Below are positions 1 through 10,900 of a stretch of DNA of 64,000 bases, in pieces. Under the pieces are notes generated by a model. It was given only the letters and a program-made list of their open reading frames with translations. It was not told the origin of the DNA and did not search any database. Position numbers and translations under genes: made by a program. The stretch is from an uncultured Gammaproteobacteria bacterium. Lineage in GTDB: Bacteria; Patescibacteriota; Microgenomatia; Levybacterales; GWA1-39-11. Within the stretch, counting starts at the first letter, position 1. Each line of letters opens with the position of its first letter. The stretch covers positions 71,525 through 135,524 of the forward strand of contig CAYVAJ010000001.1 of assembly GCA_964448725.1 (NCBI GenBank), given 5' to 3'.

Positions 1-2
1 TA

Positions 3-1091
3 CCGGCATATTCTCCACAACAAGAAAGTGATGGGCTTAAAAGGTTATCCCTACTACTAAGCTACATTTATCACCCTAAATGTATTTTTTTATCAATAGA
101 TGAACCTGAACTATTTTTACACCCCGATATGGCATCATTCCTACTTCAAGAAGTACACGAAGAAGTCAAATTTGGAAAACAGTTTGCTTTTGCTACCCAT
201 AGTCCAGAGATGATACAAATTGGAAGTGGTAACCTTTATTCCTATCTCTATTTCAATCTCCAAGACACCTTGGCCAAAACCCATATAGTTCAAGCTAGTA
301 GGGTTGGTGCAAACGAAATTATCGAAGAGTTGGGTTATTTACTGGATGTAAATCGACGAGCATTCCTATTTGCTCCAATTACACTGTTTGTCGAAGGTTT
401 GGCAGACGAAGTTGTGTATAACGAACTAAAACACCTTCGTAAAGTCGAGTGGAATAGGCGAATTTTCATGGTAAATACTGGCGGTGCAAGCTCAATGTTC
501 AACTTTTGGAGTTTATGGAAAAAATTTGACAAAGAAAGCCGAGTTTTATTGGATTTACCCAAACAGATGGACGAAAACGATTCAGTATTTAATGTTATTA
601 ACCAGTTTTGTGATGCTTTGGGTATAGACAAGTCATTACCATTTGATCAGAAGAAACTAAGATTAGGAGAACACCAAGTGTTCGTTGCTCCCTATACGGA
701 CGTATTAAATTTTAAGGATAAAACCATTGAATTCAAAGATGTTCATGGTGCGATGGCTAGTGGGAATCTTGATGTGACAGATCACACAAATACATTAAAT
801 TTAGCAATCGCTGTGCCATCTACCGGAAGAAAACAAGTCCGAAAAGAGGAAGAGGAATGGTTAAAAAGTATTATTCAGGAAGTAGTGGCGGAAGCTACAG
901 GCGTATCGGATAAATCTAAGGCCTTGGGAAATGTCGTTGAAAAGTTAAAAGAACAACATCCAAATTTACATATAGAACTATCCCAAGCATCTGGAGAAAT
1001 AATGAAGATACGATTCGAAGTAAGTAGGGATCGAACATTATTTATAGATATATCAGAGAAAACTCTTGATTCAAAGTATGGTGCTATATAA
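3..1091 (+). CDS. OLD-family ATP-dependent endonuclease (ABC ATPase + TOPRIM), 5' truncated by the window
   Basis: Frame is open from base 3, upstream of the ORF-track start at 129: ESDGLKRL (ABC signature-like), LSIDEPELFLHP (Walker B/D-loop), FATHSP (H-switch), then TOPRIM LFVEGLADE and VNTGG. Confidence 0.8.
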   Translation, partial: PAYSPQQESDGLKRLSLLLSYIYHPKCIFLSIDEPELFLHPDMASFLLQEVHEEVKFGKQFAFATHSPEMIQIGSGNLYSYLYFNLQDTLAKTHIVQASRVGANEIIEELGYLLDVNRRAFLFAPITLFVEGLADEVVYNELKHLRKVEWNRRIFMVNTGGASSMFNFWSLWKKFDKESRVLLDLPKQMDENDSVFNVINQFCDALGIDKSLPFDQKKLRLGEHQVFVAPYTDVLNFKDKTIEFKDVHGAMASGNLDVTDHTNTLNLAIAVPSTGRKQVRKEEEEWLKSIIQEVVAEATGVSDKSKALGNVVEKLKEQHPNLHIELSQASGEIMKIRFEVSRDRTLFIDISEKTLDSKYGAI

Positions 1092-1104
1092 TAACAAATA
1101 AATT

Positions 1105-1251
1105 ATGAAACGAATTGTTGTTGCAACTAATCTAGACAATGCCACACCAGAAGAGTGGGAAAGATTTATGAAGAATCTAGTGGATGCACACAGAATTCTA
1201 TATAGAACCGTATTAGAACGGGAAGCTAAAAAAATCCTCAAGTTGAAATAG
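1105..1251 (+). CDS. small hypothetical protein (48 aa)
   Basis: ATG-TAG ORF 13 nt after the OLD stop: MKRIVVATNLDNATPEEWERFMKNLVDAHRILYRTVLEREAKKILKLK. Confidence 0.45.
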   Translation: MKRIVVATNLDNATPEEWERFMKNLVDAHRILYRTVLEREAKKILKLK

Positions 1252-1373
1252 CAATAGTGGGACGTACTTTGTCCATCTCTTCCCGTAATTGACTAATGAA
1301 CCTAAAATCCTCAAAAATCTTGAATATGCGCACGAATTGGGTGGTTATATTAACATCACGATCCTCGAGCATG

Positions 1374-1401
1374 AAAAAGCCACCATAGAGGTGGTTTTTT
1401 T
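1374..1401. terminator. intrinsic terminator, possibly bidirectional
   Basis: AAAAAGCCACC-ATAGA-GGTGGTTTTTTT hairpin with A and T tails. Confidence 0.75.
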
Positions 1402-1544
1402 ATGTTCTGACAGAGAATGATTTGCCTCGAATCTAGGAGCGAAGCGGGTATCCTCGAAAGAGGACTAGTCGCGGAGCACCATCTATTTAGCCTCTTTTTT
1501 GTTATACCTAAATTGGACTGACAAACCTTTGATATAATTATCCA

Positions 1545-1982
1545 ATGAAGATAGATCCAAAGGCTCCATTAATTGCGAGAAAGAGTGAACTCATTAAGGC
1601 TCCTATAGATCATGTTTGGCAAATTCAATCTGACATAAATAATTGGCCCAAGTGGCAAAAAGAAGTCTCCCACGCAAAGCTTCAAGGAAAATTAGAAAAA
1701 GGCACAGTTTTTACTTGGAAAGCAATGGGAATGAATATCTACTCAGAATTACAAGAAGTCATTGAAAATAAAATAATTGGATGGTCAGGAAAATCGTTTG
1801 GAATGAATGCCGTTCATATTTGGACATTTATCAAAGAGGGTAACAACACAAGAGTTACAACAGAAGAATCATTATCTGGTTGGTTTCCAACTCTAATTAA
1901 AATCTTCAAGCCAAACTTTCTCGACAAATCTCTTGCAAATGCGCTAAATACTTTAAAAACCTATTCAGAAGCAACAAAATAA
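1545..1982 (+). CDS. SRPBCC/polyketide cyclase (START-like) family protein
   Basis: IKAPIDHVWQIQSDINNWPKWQ start, HIWTF..EGNNTRVTTEES, C-terminal helix. Confidence 0.8.
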   Translation: MKIDPKAPLIARKSELIKAPIDHVWQIQSDINNWPKWQKEVSHAKLQGKLEKGTVFTWKAMGMNIYSELQEVIENKIIGWSGKSFGMNAVHIWTFIKEGNNTRVTTEESLSGWFPTLIKIFKPNFLDKSLANALNTLKTYSEATK

Positions 1983-2007
1983 ACTTTAGACATTTTTATC
2001 AAAAAGT

Positions 2008-2400
2008 ATGAAGAAGTACAAGACACTTGAAGAATTCTTTGCAGATCAGGATCCGAACAAGCTTGAGCAAGTAATGCTCGTCAGGGAAATAATACTTACA
2101 GCAGAGCCAAATCTGCATGAAAATCTTAAGTGGAATGCCCCCAACTACGTTTACAATGGAGAAGACAGAATCACTCTCAATCTTCTGAATAAGGATAAGA
2201 AAGTAAAATTACTTGTTCATATGGGGGCAAAGATCAAAGAAGATAAAGCAGCTAGCCCACTATTGCAACAGGATTCAGGTATTGTTGAGTGGCAATCTGA
2301 TATAAGAGGAGTTGTCAATTTTAAAGATATGAATGATATAGAGTCTAAGAGAGAAGCTCTAACAAACCTTATTAGAGCTTGGCTTTTACTTAAGGTATGA
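2008..2400 (+). CDS. DUF1801 (YdhG-like) protein
   Basis: VREIILTAEPNLHENLKWNAPNY and LIRAW motifs. Confidence 0.8.
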   Translation: MKKYKTLEEFFADQDPNKLEQVMLVREIILTAEPNLHENLKWNAPNYVYNGEDRITLNLLNKDKKVKLLVHMGAKIKEDKAASPLLQQDSGIVEWQSDIRGVVNFKDMNDIESKREALTNLIRAWLLLKV

Positions 2401-2438
2401 CCCCAAGATTTATAATAGAAATAATGAATCAAAAAAAA

Positions 2439-2692
2439 TTATTTACATATACCATTAAACTGTAAATAACAAGAGAGGAAAGGTAATGTCATGCCCAGCA
2501 TTCCAATACCCAAAATAACTACATATATTCCATTAATAACTGCTTTTTTTCTTCATAGTAATTAATCCCTCCACCAATATTTGGAACACCTATTTTCCTT
2601 CTACGTATCCCATTTACTCCCCAATATAAAAATACTATACCTATACTAGCTATTAGTATATTTCCCAAAGGCTCGTGAATTAATTCATCCAT
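2439..2692 (-). pseudogene. frameshifted small two-TM membrane protein (84 aa if repaired)
   Basis: MDELIHEPLGNILIASIGIVFLYWGVNGIRRRK...YYEEK shifts frame at an A7 run (2544-2550). One extra A continues KAVINGIYVVILGIGMLGMTLPFLSCYLQFNGICK*. TGnTAATAT lies 6 nt upstream of the ATG. Confidence 0.6.
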
Positions 2693-2818
2693 ACATAGAT
2701 ATTATCATTTATATAGATCACGTAAGTCGTATTTAGATACAAAGATTCAAGGTTTTAAAATCAGTAAGAGTTCCTAGCATTTTCTATTAGAAGAAACACC
2801 TTATGTTAAAATAACTTA

Positions 2819-3202
2819 ATGGCAAATAAAAATATTTCCAGTGAGACAACATATAAACTACCTGATGATTGGCGCGGAAAGGTAATGTCAAACATTCGAA
2901 GCCTTATTAAGCAAGCAGATCCAGAGGTAATAGAGGATGTGAAGTGGAAAACACCTTCAAACCCAAATGGAGTTCTCGTTTGGTACCACGATGGAATGAT
3001 TTTAACCGGTGAAGTCTATAAAAAACATCTAAGGTTATCTTTCGCTAAGGGGCCAACTCTTAAAAACAATGATCCCAAAAATCTCATTAACTCATTTCGC
3101 GCTATTATTATTCATGAAGAAGATGCGCTTGATGAGAATGCTTTTAAAGATCTCATCCGTGCTGCAGTAGCGCTTAATCAAAAAGGCAAAAAGACATCAT
3201 AA
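2819..3202 (+). CDS. DUF1801 (YdhG-like) protein
   Basis: DWRGKVMSNIRSLIKQADPEVIEDVKW...GVLVWYHDG...FKDLIRAAVALN. Confidence 0.85.
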   Translation: MANKNISSETTYKLPDDWRGKVMSNIRSLIKQADPEVIEDVKWKTPSNPNGVLVWYHDGMILTGEVYKKHLRLSFAKGPTLKNNDPKNLINSFRAIIIHEEDALDENAFKDLIRAAVALNQKGKKTS

Positions 3203-3372
3203 CAAAACCTCATGTCTATACCACTGGTGAGCTTCTCAAGTGTTTATCCCTGAAACCGAGTGTTTTAAATGACAAATACTGCCGTATTTATGACAGATAT
3301 CTCATAAAAATTTTACAGAACTCCTGTACTGTAGTGTATACAAAAATATATGTGAGGAGGTGAAAGATATTT

Positions 3373-3642
3373 ATGAGTATAATTTTATGGATTGTTTTTG
3401 GAGCCATAGCAGGATTTATTGCGGATTTTCTTGATAGATCAGTATCGCTCAGTTGGATTGAAAGAATCGTTGTGGGCATAGTTGGAGCCTTCGTTGGTGG
3501 AATAATTGCCACTTTACTTACAACAGGAGAACTTAGCCTCACTGCGTCAGCAGATTTTAATATTATTTCTCTAATCATTGCGGTGCTTGGTGCACTTCTG
3601 GCATTATTTGCTTGGAAGAAACTCAAACCACAGAACGTATAA
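3373..3642 (+). CDS. GlsB/YeaQ/YmgE (transglycosylase-associated) membrane protein
   Basis: IILWIVFGAIAGFIA...IVVGIVGAFVGG...AVLGALLAL; strong SD AGGAGGTG upstream. Confidence 0.9.
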   Translation: MSIILWIVFGAIAGFIADFLDRSVSLSWIERIVVGIVGAFVGGIIATLLTTGELSLTASADFNIISLIIAVLGALLALFAWKKLKPQNV

Positions 3643-3657
3643 AAAATGTTTTTTAAT

Positions 3658-3692
3658 AAAATACGCTGTCCTATACGTAGACAGCGTATTTT
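3658..3692. terminator. intrinsic terminator
   Basis: Perfect 13-bp inverted repeat AAAATACGCTGTC-9nt-GACAGCGTATTTT. Confidence 0.8.
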
Positions 3693-3700
3693 ACTACCTC

Positions 3701-3731
3701 TTGACCTTCACGTAACGTAATAGTTTATACT
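3701..3731 (+). promoter_or_regulatory. MerR-type promoter/operator (19-bp spacer)
   Basis: TTGACC(3701-06), 19 bp, TATACT(3726-31), with dyad ACGT-A-ACGT in the spacer; the -10 is 6 nt before the MerR ATG. Confidence 0.85.
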
Positions 3732-3737
3732 TGATTT

Positions 3738-4505
3738 ATGGACTATACTGTTAAACAATTGGCAAAACTAGCAGGAATCAGTGTGCGTACACTACATTAC
3801 TATGATGAAATAGGTCTGCTTAAACCTTCATTTATTAAAGAAAATGGTTATAGATATTATCAAGAAAAAGAATTAACAACTTTACAACAAATTCTTTTTT
3901 TTAGAGAATTAGACTTCTCGCTAGAAAAAATAAAGCAAGTGATGTTTTCTCCTCAGTTTGATCATATAGCAGCCTTAGAAGATCAAAAAAAACTTTTAGA
4001 GCTTAAAAAACAAAGGGTGAATAAAATGATCAAAACAATCACTAAGACAATTGATTCTTTAAAAGGAGGTGAACATATGAGTAATAATGATAAATATTCA
4101 GTATTTTCTGATCCTACTTACCAAAAATATAAAGATGAAGTAGAGCAACGGTGGGGGAATACTGATGCATACAAACAATCAATGGAGCGTGTCAGTAAAA
4201 TGAGCAGAGAAAGACTAGAAGAGATAAAGAAAGAAGCAGGTGAAATTACAGACTCAATAGCTCATCTCATGAAGAATGATTACCCTATAGATAGTCAGGA
4301 AGTACAAACACAAATAGGCCTTTTCTACCAGTATCTTCATCATTTCTATGACCCTAATTATGAAATGTTTAAAAACCTGGGAAAGATGTATGTTGATGAT
4401 CCGCGTTTCACCGAAACATATGAAAATATAGCATCTGGGCTTGCTTACTTTATGAGAGATGCTATGGCTTATTATAGTGATGTACATGAAAAGAAACGTA
4501 TGTAG
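3738..4505 (+). CDS. MerR-family regulator with TipAS antibiotic-recognition domain (TipA/Mta-like)
   Basis: YTVKQLAKLAGISVRTLHYYDEIGLLKP HTH; EVEQRWGNTDAY and LGKMYVDDPRF TipAS motifs. Confidence 0.92.
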   Translation: MDYTVKQLAKLAGISVRTLHYYDEIGLLKPSFIKENGYRYYQEKELTTLQQILFFRELDFSLEKIKQVMFSPQFDHIAALEDQKKLLELKKQRVNKMIKTITKTIDSLKGGEHMSNNDKYSVFSDPTYQKYKDEVEQRWGNTDAYKQSMERVSKMSRERLEEIKKEAGEITDSIAHLMKNDYPIDSQEVQTQIGLFYQYLHHFYDPNYEMFKNLGKMYVDDPRFTETYENIASGLAYFMRDAMAYYSDVHEKKRM

Positions 4506-4581
4506 TCAACCATTAGAATTTTAAAATTACTTTTGGTTGATATCTTTAATTGTTCTTTTCTTTGCGACAATAATAGATATA

Positions 4582-4790
4582 TATTAGTAGTATTAGTAGG
4601 GGATGTTGATAAGTGGAATAAAGCACGTGCATGTGCCTGAAAATATGGGGATAAGTAGTGTAAAACATTGTGTATTGTTTGTTGAAAAAAAAATTAAAAT
4701 AATTAAATGATGATAACTTGAAATCTATACACGTATTGAGAACAAAAGATCCCCATAAATTTTATGCGTGTATTCCACATGATTTCCACA
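4582..4790. other. oriC-like element: DnaA-trios, G-run and DnaA-box cluster
   Basis: TAT-TAG-TAG-TAT-TAG-TAG(4582-99), GGGA, TGTTGATAA(4604-12); further degenerate boxes TGGGGATAA(4646-54), TGTTGAAAA(4680-88), TATTCCACA(4771-79), ATTTCCACA(4782-90) in an AT-rich 458-bp intergenic gap. Confidence 0.65.
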
Positions 4791-4963
4791 AAATAAAATA
4801 ATAAAATCAGAAAACGAAAATTAGCTATAGGTTGTTTAACTACTTGAAGAGTATGTCCTTTTACAAATATTAATTTTATAGAAAAATCTACTTTTTTAAT
4901 ATAGTTTTGTCTATAGATTTGTTGTACTATAGAATTATATTCTATCTTAATTATTTATAAAAA

Positions 4964-7900
4964 GTGCAAAGAAACAAAAAAAACACCAGGATACGAAATG
5001 GTCGTTCTTCTTTAGGACAAGATAGAAATTATTGGGATTATCTTGAGAAGCAAGGAAAACGCTTCCGTGTAGCGTTTTCTTTATCAGCTTTAGGTATTAT
5101 TTTATTTATAGCTCTTGCTATCACTCTTCCTTTTGAAGACAAATTATATAATTTTCTTTTTCCTAAAGCACCAACTCAAGCAGCAGTACCAACGGTTATT
5201 CAATCCTCAACAGCAAATAACGGAGATGCTGCGTCTTCTATTTCTGCAGCCTGGTCAGCCCCTACTACCAATGGGAATTTCCTCATAGCTGTGCTTTCAG
5301 CAAATGGAGCTACTGCTTCCACATCTGCCATTGCTCCAGACGGATGGACAGTGGTGTCAGAACAATCTAGTTCAAGCGGATTGAAGCAATGGGTATACTA
5401 CTATAATAATGCTCCCCAACAGACAGAACCAGTTTCATTTACTATTGAACCAGCGGTAAAATCTGCACTGGTATTAGCAGAATATAAAGATGTTGAATTG
5501 GCAAATCCCATAGAAAATCATAGTAATTCCATGGGGGATGATACGAATCCCACACATACTTTTACTCCTACTAGCACAGATCGTCTTCTCATTGGCGCAA
5601 TTAGCACAGCAACTGGAGCAACAGTAGACACATCAAATGCAGGATTTTCTCTCATTGCACAAACAGCTACAAGTACTGGAGAAGACTTATCAAATGCGGG
5701 CGCATCACTTCTTTTTACTCATTCGACTACTACAGAACCTGTTACTAATAATGTGGAATTAAGTACAGCTGCTCCATGGATTAATACTGTCATCGCTGTG
5801 AAAGCAGTACAAACAGCACCTACACCAACCTTAGTCCCTGGTGATTTAACAATTGCAGGGTTTACTTTGATGAATGCAGATACTGGAGAAGAAATTGGTG
5901 CTTTAATAAATAACCAAACACTTGATCTTGCTACTCTTCCAACACGCAATCTCAGTGTGGTTATAAATACCTCACCATCTCCAGTTGGTAGTGTACAAAT
6001 TGGTTATGATGAGGACAGTTCATATAGATCTGAAAGCGGATTACCATACTCGTTCAATGGAGAAACAGACTCTCATTTTAATCCATGGACCCCCTCAATC
6101 GGATCACACACCATTACTGCTACTCCCTACAGCGGAAAAAGTTTATCTGGTACACCAGGTACTCCAAGCAGTGTAACCTTTACGGTAATTGATTCATCTG
6201 TAACGCAGACAGAACTTCTTGCATTTCCTGGTGCTGAAGGTTTTGGGCGTTTCGCAGTGGGTGGACGTGGAGGACAAGTAATTAAAGTTACTAATTTAAA
6301 TGATTCAGGACCGGGGAGTTTTCGAGCTGCTGTTGATACAACAGGTCCTCGTATTGTGGTTTTTGAAGTGGGAGGAACAATAAATTTAACAAGCGATAAT
6401 ATTGATATTAAAAATCCTTATATTACGATTGCTGGTCAAACTGCACCTGGTGGGGGAATACAAATAAAAAATGGAATGGTAGCAGTCTCAACCCATAATG
6501 TTATTATAAGAGGGTTACGTATAAGAGTAGGAGATCAAGCAGGTCCGCCGCTTGAGTCTCGTGATGGAATTAAAGCATCAATAACAGGAGCAACAACAGA
6601 TGTAACCGATGTTATTTTTGATCATAATTCTATCTCCTGGGCTGTTGATGAAAGTGCTTCAACGTATCAAGGAGGCTCTGCACTTAAACTTTCTGATATT
6701 ACTTTTCAGTGGAATGTTTTCTCTGAGACTTTGCAGTACAGCAATCATCCGGATATTACTGGAGGAGGGCACCACAGTATGGGACCACTCATTGCTAATG
6801 AATCTAAAAACATATCATTTCATCATAATCTCATGGCTCATAACAGAGACCGAAATCCGTATATTCAAGGGGGCGTTACTGCAGAAATAATAAATAACGT
6901 AACGTACAATTACAGCTGTGGAGGAGCAATAAAAATTGGGAAGAATGTATCAAACAACCCATCTTTTGTAAATGTTATTGGAAACTATATAAAAAGAGGT
7001 CCTGTAGGAGTGGGTGCACAAACGTGTAAAGGAATTCGGGTGGAAACAGGAAATGTTGCGGGAACAAAAGTATATGTAAAAAGCAATATTGGTTATGGAA
7101 GACTAACTGATAGTGGGGATGACTGGCTCGCAGTCGAGAGTGATACCGAAGGAATCTTTCGGTCACTTACCCCAGCTATCACAGGAACAGGAATTACTAC
7201 ACATTCTCCCACTGAGGCATATGATTTAGTTTTAGAAAATGCAGGAGCAGTAGCTCCTGCTAGAGATTCTGTTGATGCAAGAGTTGTTAATGATGTAAAA
7301 AATACAACAGGAACATTTGTTGATTCACCAACTGATGTCGGAGGATGGCCCTCTCTTGCTAGTGGAACAGCACCAGTAGATAATGATGATGATGGTATAC
7401 CTGATACATGGGAAACGTCTAACGGCCTAAATCCTGCAAATGTTGCTGATGCTAATTCCACTGCTCCATCTGGATACACCTGGATTGAGGAATATATTAA
7501 CTCACTTATAGTGATAGCTCCTGCAGAAGAATCCACCCCAACTCCAACTGTTACTCCTACTCCTTCAGTAACGCAAACGCCTTACTTAGGAGAAACGATA
7601 GCAATTCCTGGACGATTTGAAGCTGAAAACTATGATAAAGGAGGACAAGGTGTTTCATATTCTGATACAGAGACAGCAAATCGTGGAGGTGAATATCGCA
7701 CGACAGAAGGAGTGGATATTGAGACCACTACGGATGTTGGAGGTGGTTATGCAGTTGGATATATTAGAGCTGGTGAATGGATGGAATATACAGTAAATAT
7801 TGCAAAAGCAGGTAAATATAACATAGACACTCGTGTTGCATCTAATGGACAAGGAGGAACATTTCATATAGAAATAGATGGGGCAGATGTAACAGGCCCT

Positions 7901-10900
7901 ATTACTATTCCTACGACTGGTGGTTGGCAAAACTGGATCACTCTTTCTACTGAGGAAATAGATCTTCCTTCTGGCACTCATATACTGCGGATAGCTATGG
8001 ATTCAGTAGGGACAAATGGTGGAGTTGGTAATATAAATTATCTGGAGATATCACCGTATCAGGCTCCATATAATGAAACTCCAGTCTCAATTCCAGGAAC
8101 TATACAGATGGAAGATTATGACCTCGGTGGAGAAGAAGTTGCCTATTTAGATACTGCATCAGATAATCCTTCAAATCGTGGTCGTCAGTATCGCACGACA
8201 GAAGGAGTGGATATTGAGACCACTACGGATGTTGGAGGTGGTTATGCAGTTGGGTATACAAAAGCAGGAGAATGGCTTGAGTATACAGTAAATGTGACAC
8301 AGTCAGCAACATATATAGTAAAGACACGCATAGCTTCTCAAGGAGAAGGAGGAATTTTCCATTTAGAAGTGGATGGTGTTGACATCTCAGGTCCATTACA
8401 GGTGCCAAGTACTGGAGGTTGGCAAAACTGGGAAGATATTACCATTACTGATGTGTCTATTAGCGAAGGGAAGCATGTAATCCGTGTAGTTATGGATTCT
8501 CAAAATTCTTCAGGTAATGTGGGAAATTTTAATTATCTCTCTTTTTCTACAGATGCAGGAGAGATAACTCCAACTGTGATTCCCACGTATACCTTGTCAG
8601 GTACTGTGTATGTGGACACAAATAGTAATGGAGTTAAAGATCTGGATGAGGACGGTAGCAGTGGAGTAACAGTAAGCATAGATACGGGGCAGAGTGTAAC
8701 AACAGATACTGAGGGAGAATATTTGTTTTCTGATCTTGTGGCAGGAACGTATACGGTTACCGTTACGGTGCCTGAGGGGTATAGTGTAACGACTACTAAT
8801 CCAACAACAGTAGCTGTGAGTACCAATACAAGCCAACATTTTGGGATTGTAATTCTAGCTCCGCCGACCGCAACTCCAGTGCCTACCGTTACTTCTACTC
8901 CGGTTCCGCCCACAGCTACTCCAACACCTACGCCAAACACACCCATTTACTATACCTTGTCAGGAACTGTGTATGTGGACACAAATAGTAATGGAGTTAA
9001 AGATCTTGACGAAGATGGACTGAATGGGGTGACTGTTAGTACAGATGGTGGGCACAGCACGACAACAAATAGTGAAGGAGTATATACAATTTCAGATTTA
9101 GCTGTAGGGACGTATAGTGTGACTGTTACGCCACCTGAAGGATATACAACTACTACTACCAATCCTGCTTCGATTGCTTTAAGTGATGATACAACTCAAC
9201 ATTTTGGTATTGCAAGCTTAGCAACTCCACTAGCAACAATTGTTGCTACAGTAAATGGAGACGATTGGCATTTGCCCAGTGATGTCCCAACGAGTAAGAC
9301 TTCTGGTGTGTATGGCTATAATAATAATGCATTGGTAACTGATAAAGCACCACAATACACCTGGGCACAGTTACATAGTGGTGGCTCAATAAATAATCCA
9401 ACTTTGACTACTTCAGGATTACATAATGAAGTTAAGACCCGTCGTACGGTATTAAGGATGAATAATAATGCAGAAGATGAAATTCCACTTCATGTCAGAC
9501 AACGCAATAACTGGCAATCGTATGTTATGAGAAACAATATCAGAGTTTATCCACTCTGGCAGGATAATTGGTTAACAGAATATAAGGCATTTTTAGACAA
9601 ATTACTGAATGAAACAGTAGCAGGAACACAATATAAGCTAAAAGATCATCCAAATTTTGTGGGAATTCAAATACAGATGAGTGGAAGTGGGAAGGGAGAA
9701 CCGTTTTATAGTGGGGGAGATTTGGAGAAAGAAGAAGCGATGGGACTTACCCCAACAAAATGGGAAAATTTCCTTTGGGAGTACAATCATGCATATCTTG
9801 ATTACCTTGGATCAGGTAATGAATGGAAGGCTTTTACTGTTGCTAAACCCAATTTTATAGGCAATTATAATGGAAGCTTTACCAAAGCGCAGTATGCTGA
9901 GGCGGTTAGATATGGGACTATTCTTTCAAGAACCTCAGCGCTTTCTCCTGGTGAACGGGGGATGGGGGTTCGTGTTGCAGGAGACTATGAAGGTTATCGA
10001 GGTTCTCCTTCGTGGGAAGAAATGGCAACAATTCCTGCAAATGGTATTATGCAAATACATGACTTTGGTCAATTTGCTTTTCCTCCTTTTGAACAAGAAA
10101 GTCATATCGATAATCAGATAGAAAATTGGTATGGTGGCAATAATAATACTCAGGGGCTTTCAAATACAGATCCTAACGATCAGAAGAAAATTGCTAATGG
10201 TATTCGTCATTCAATTATCCGTCTTCTAACAGAACGTCATACATTCACTTGGCTTGACGGTGAAGACGCTGATTTTATAGAAGACAGATATCCAGGAATC
10301 GTGACATATATGAAAAAATCATTCGGGAAGCTTGCAAATACCAGTCCTGACGCATGGGTGTATCTCGGAAAGTTAGGATCAATCACTGCGATGCCTCGTT
10401 GGATTACTCCGTTGTCTGTTGCCAATCCTGATGGAGGTGTGGCTTTTGATATGGGGAATAATCAATTTGCGAATGGAGTAGAAAGGCATGGATGGGCAAT
10501 CCCTTCAGCACTCAAATTTGATATTGATGATAGATTTATCATTCCTGGATCAAGTAATACAGTAGAGGCAGTAGTTACCTATTATGATAACAATAGCAAA
10601 TGGCATCTTGATTATGACTCAACCGCTGGAAATTTGTCTGCGCCTATCATTCAAGGTGCTGGCTCAAATCAGTGGAAATCAGTTACTATTAAGCTTGCTG
10701 GAGCAGATTTTGATGGAGGTATCTCTGGTGGAGATGTGCAAATCATAGCAGATAATGGTACTCCTATTATCGAGATGCTCAGGATTATTAAAACATCTAC
10801 TCCTTTACTTACCCCTACGCCTACAGAGGTTATTCAACATACTACCACTCCGACACCCACGGCAACATTGACTCCAACAGCTACTCCTTCACCAACAGAG

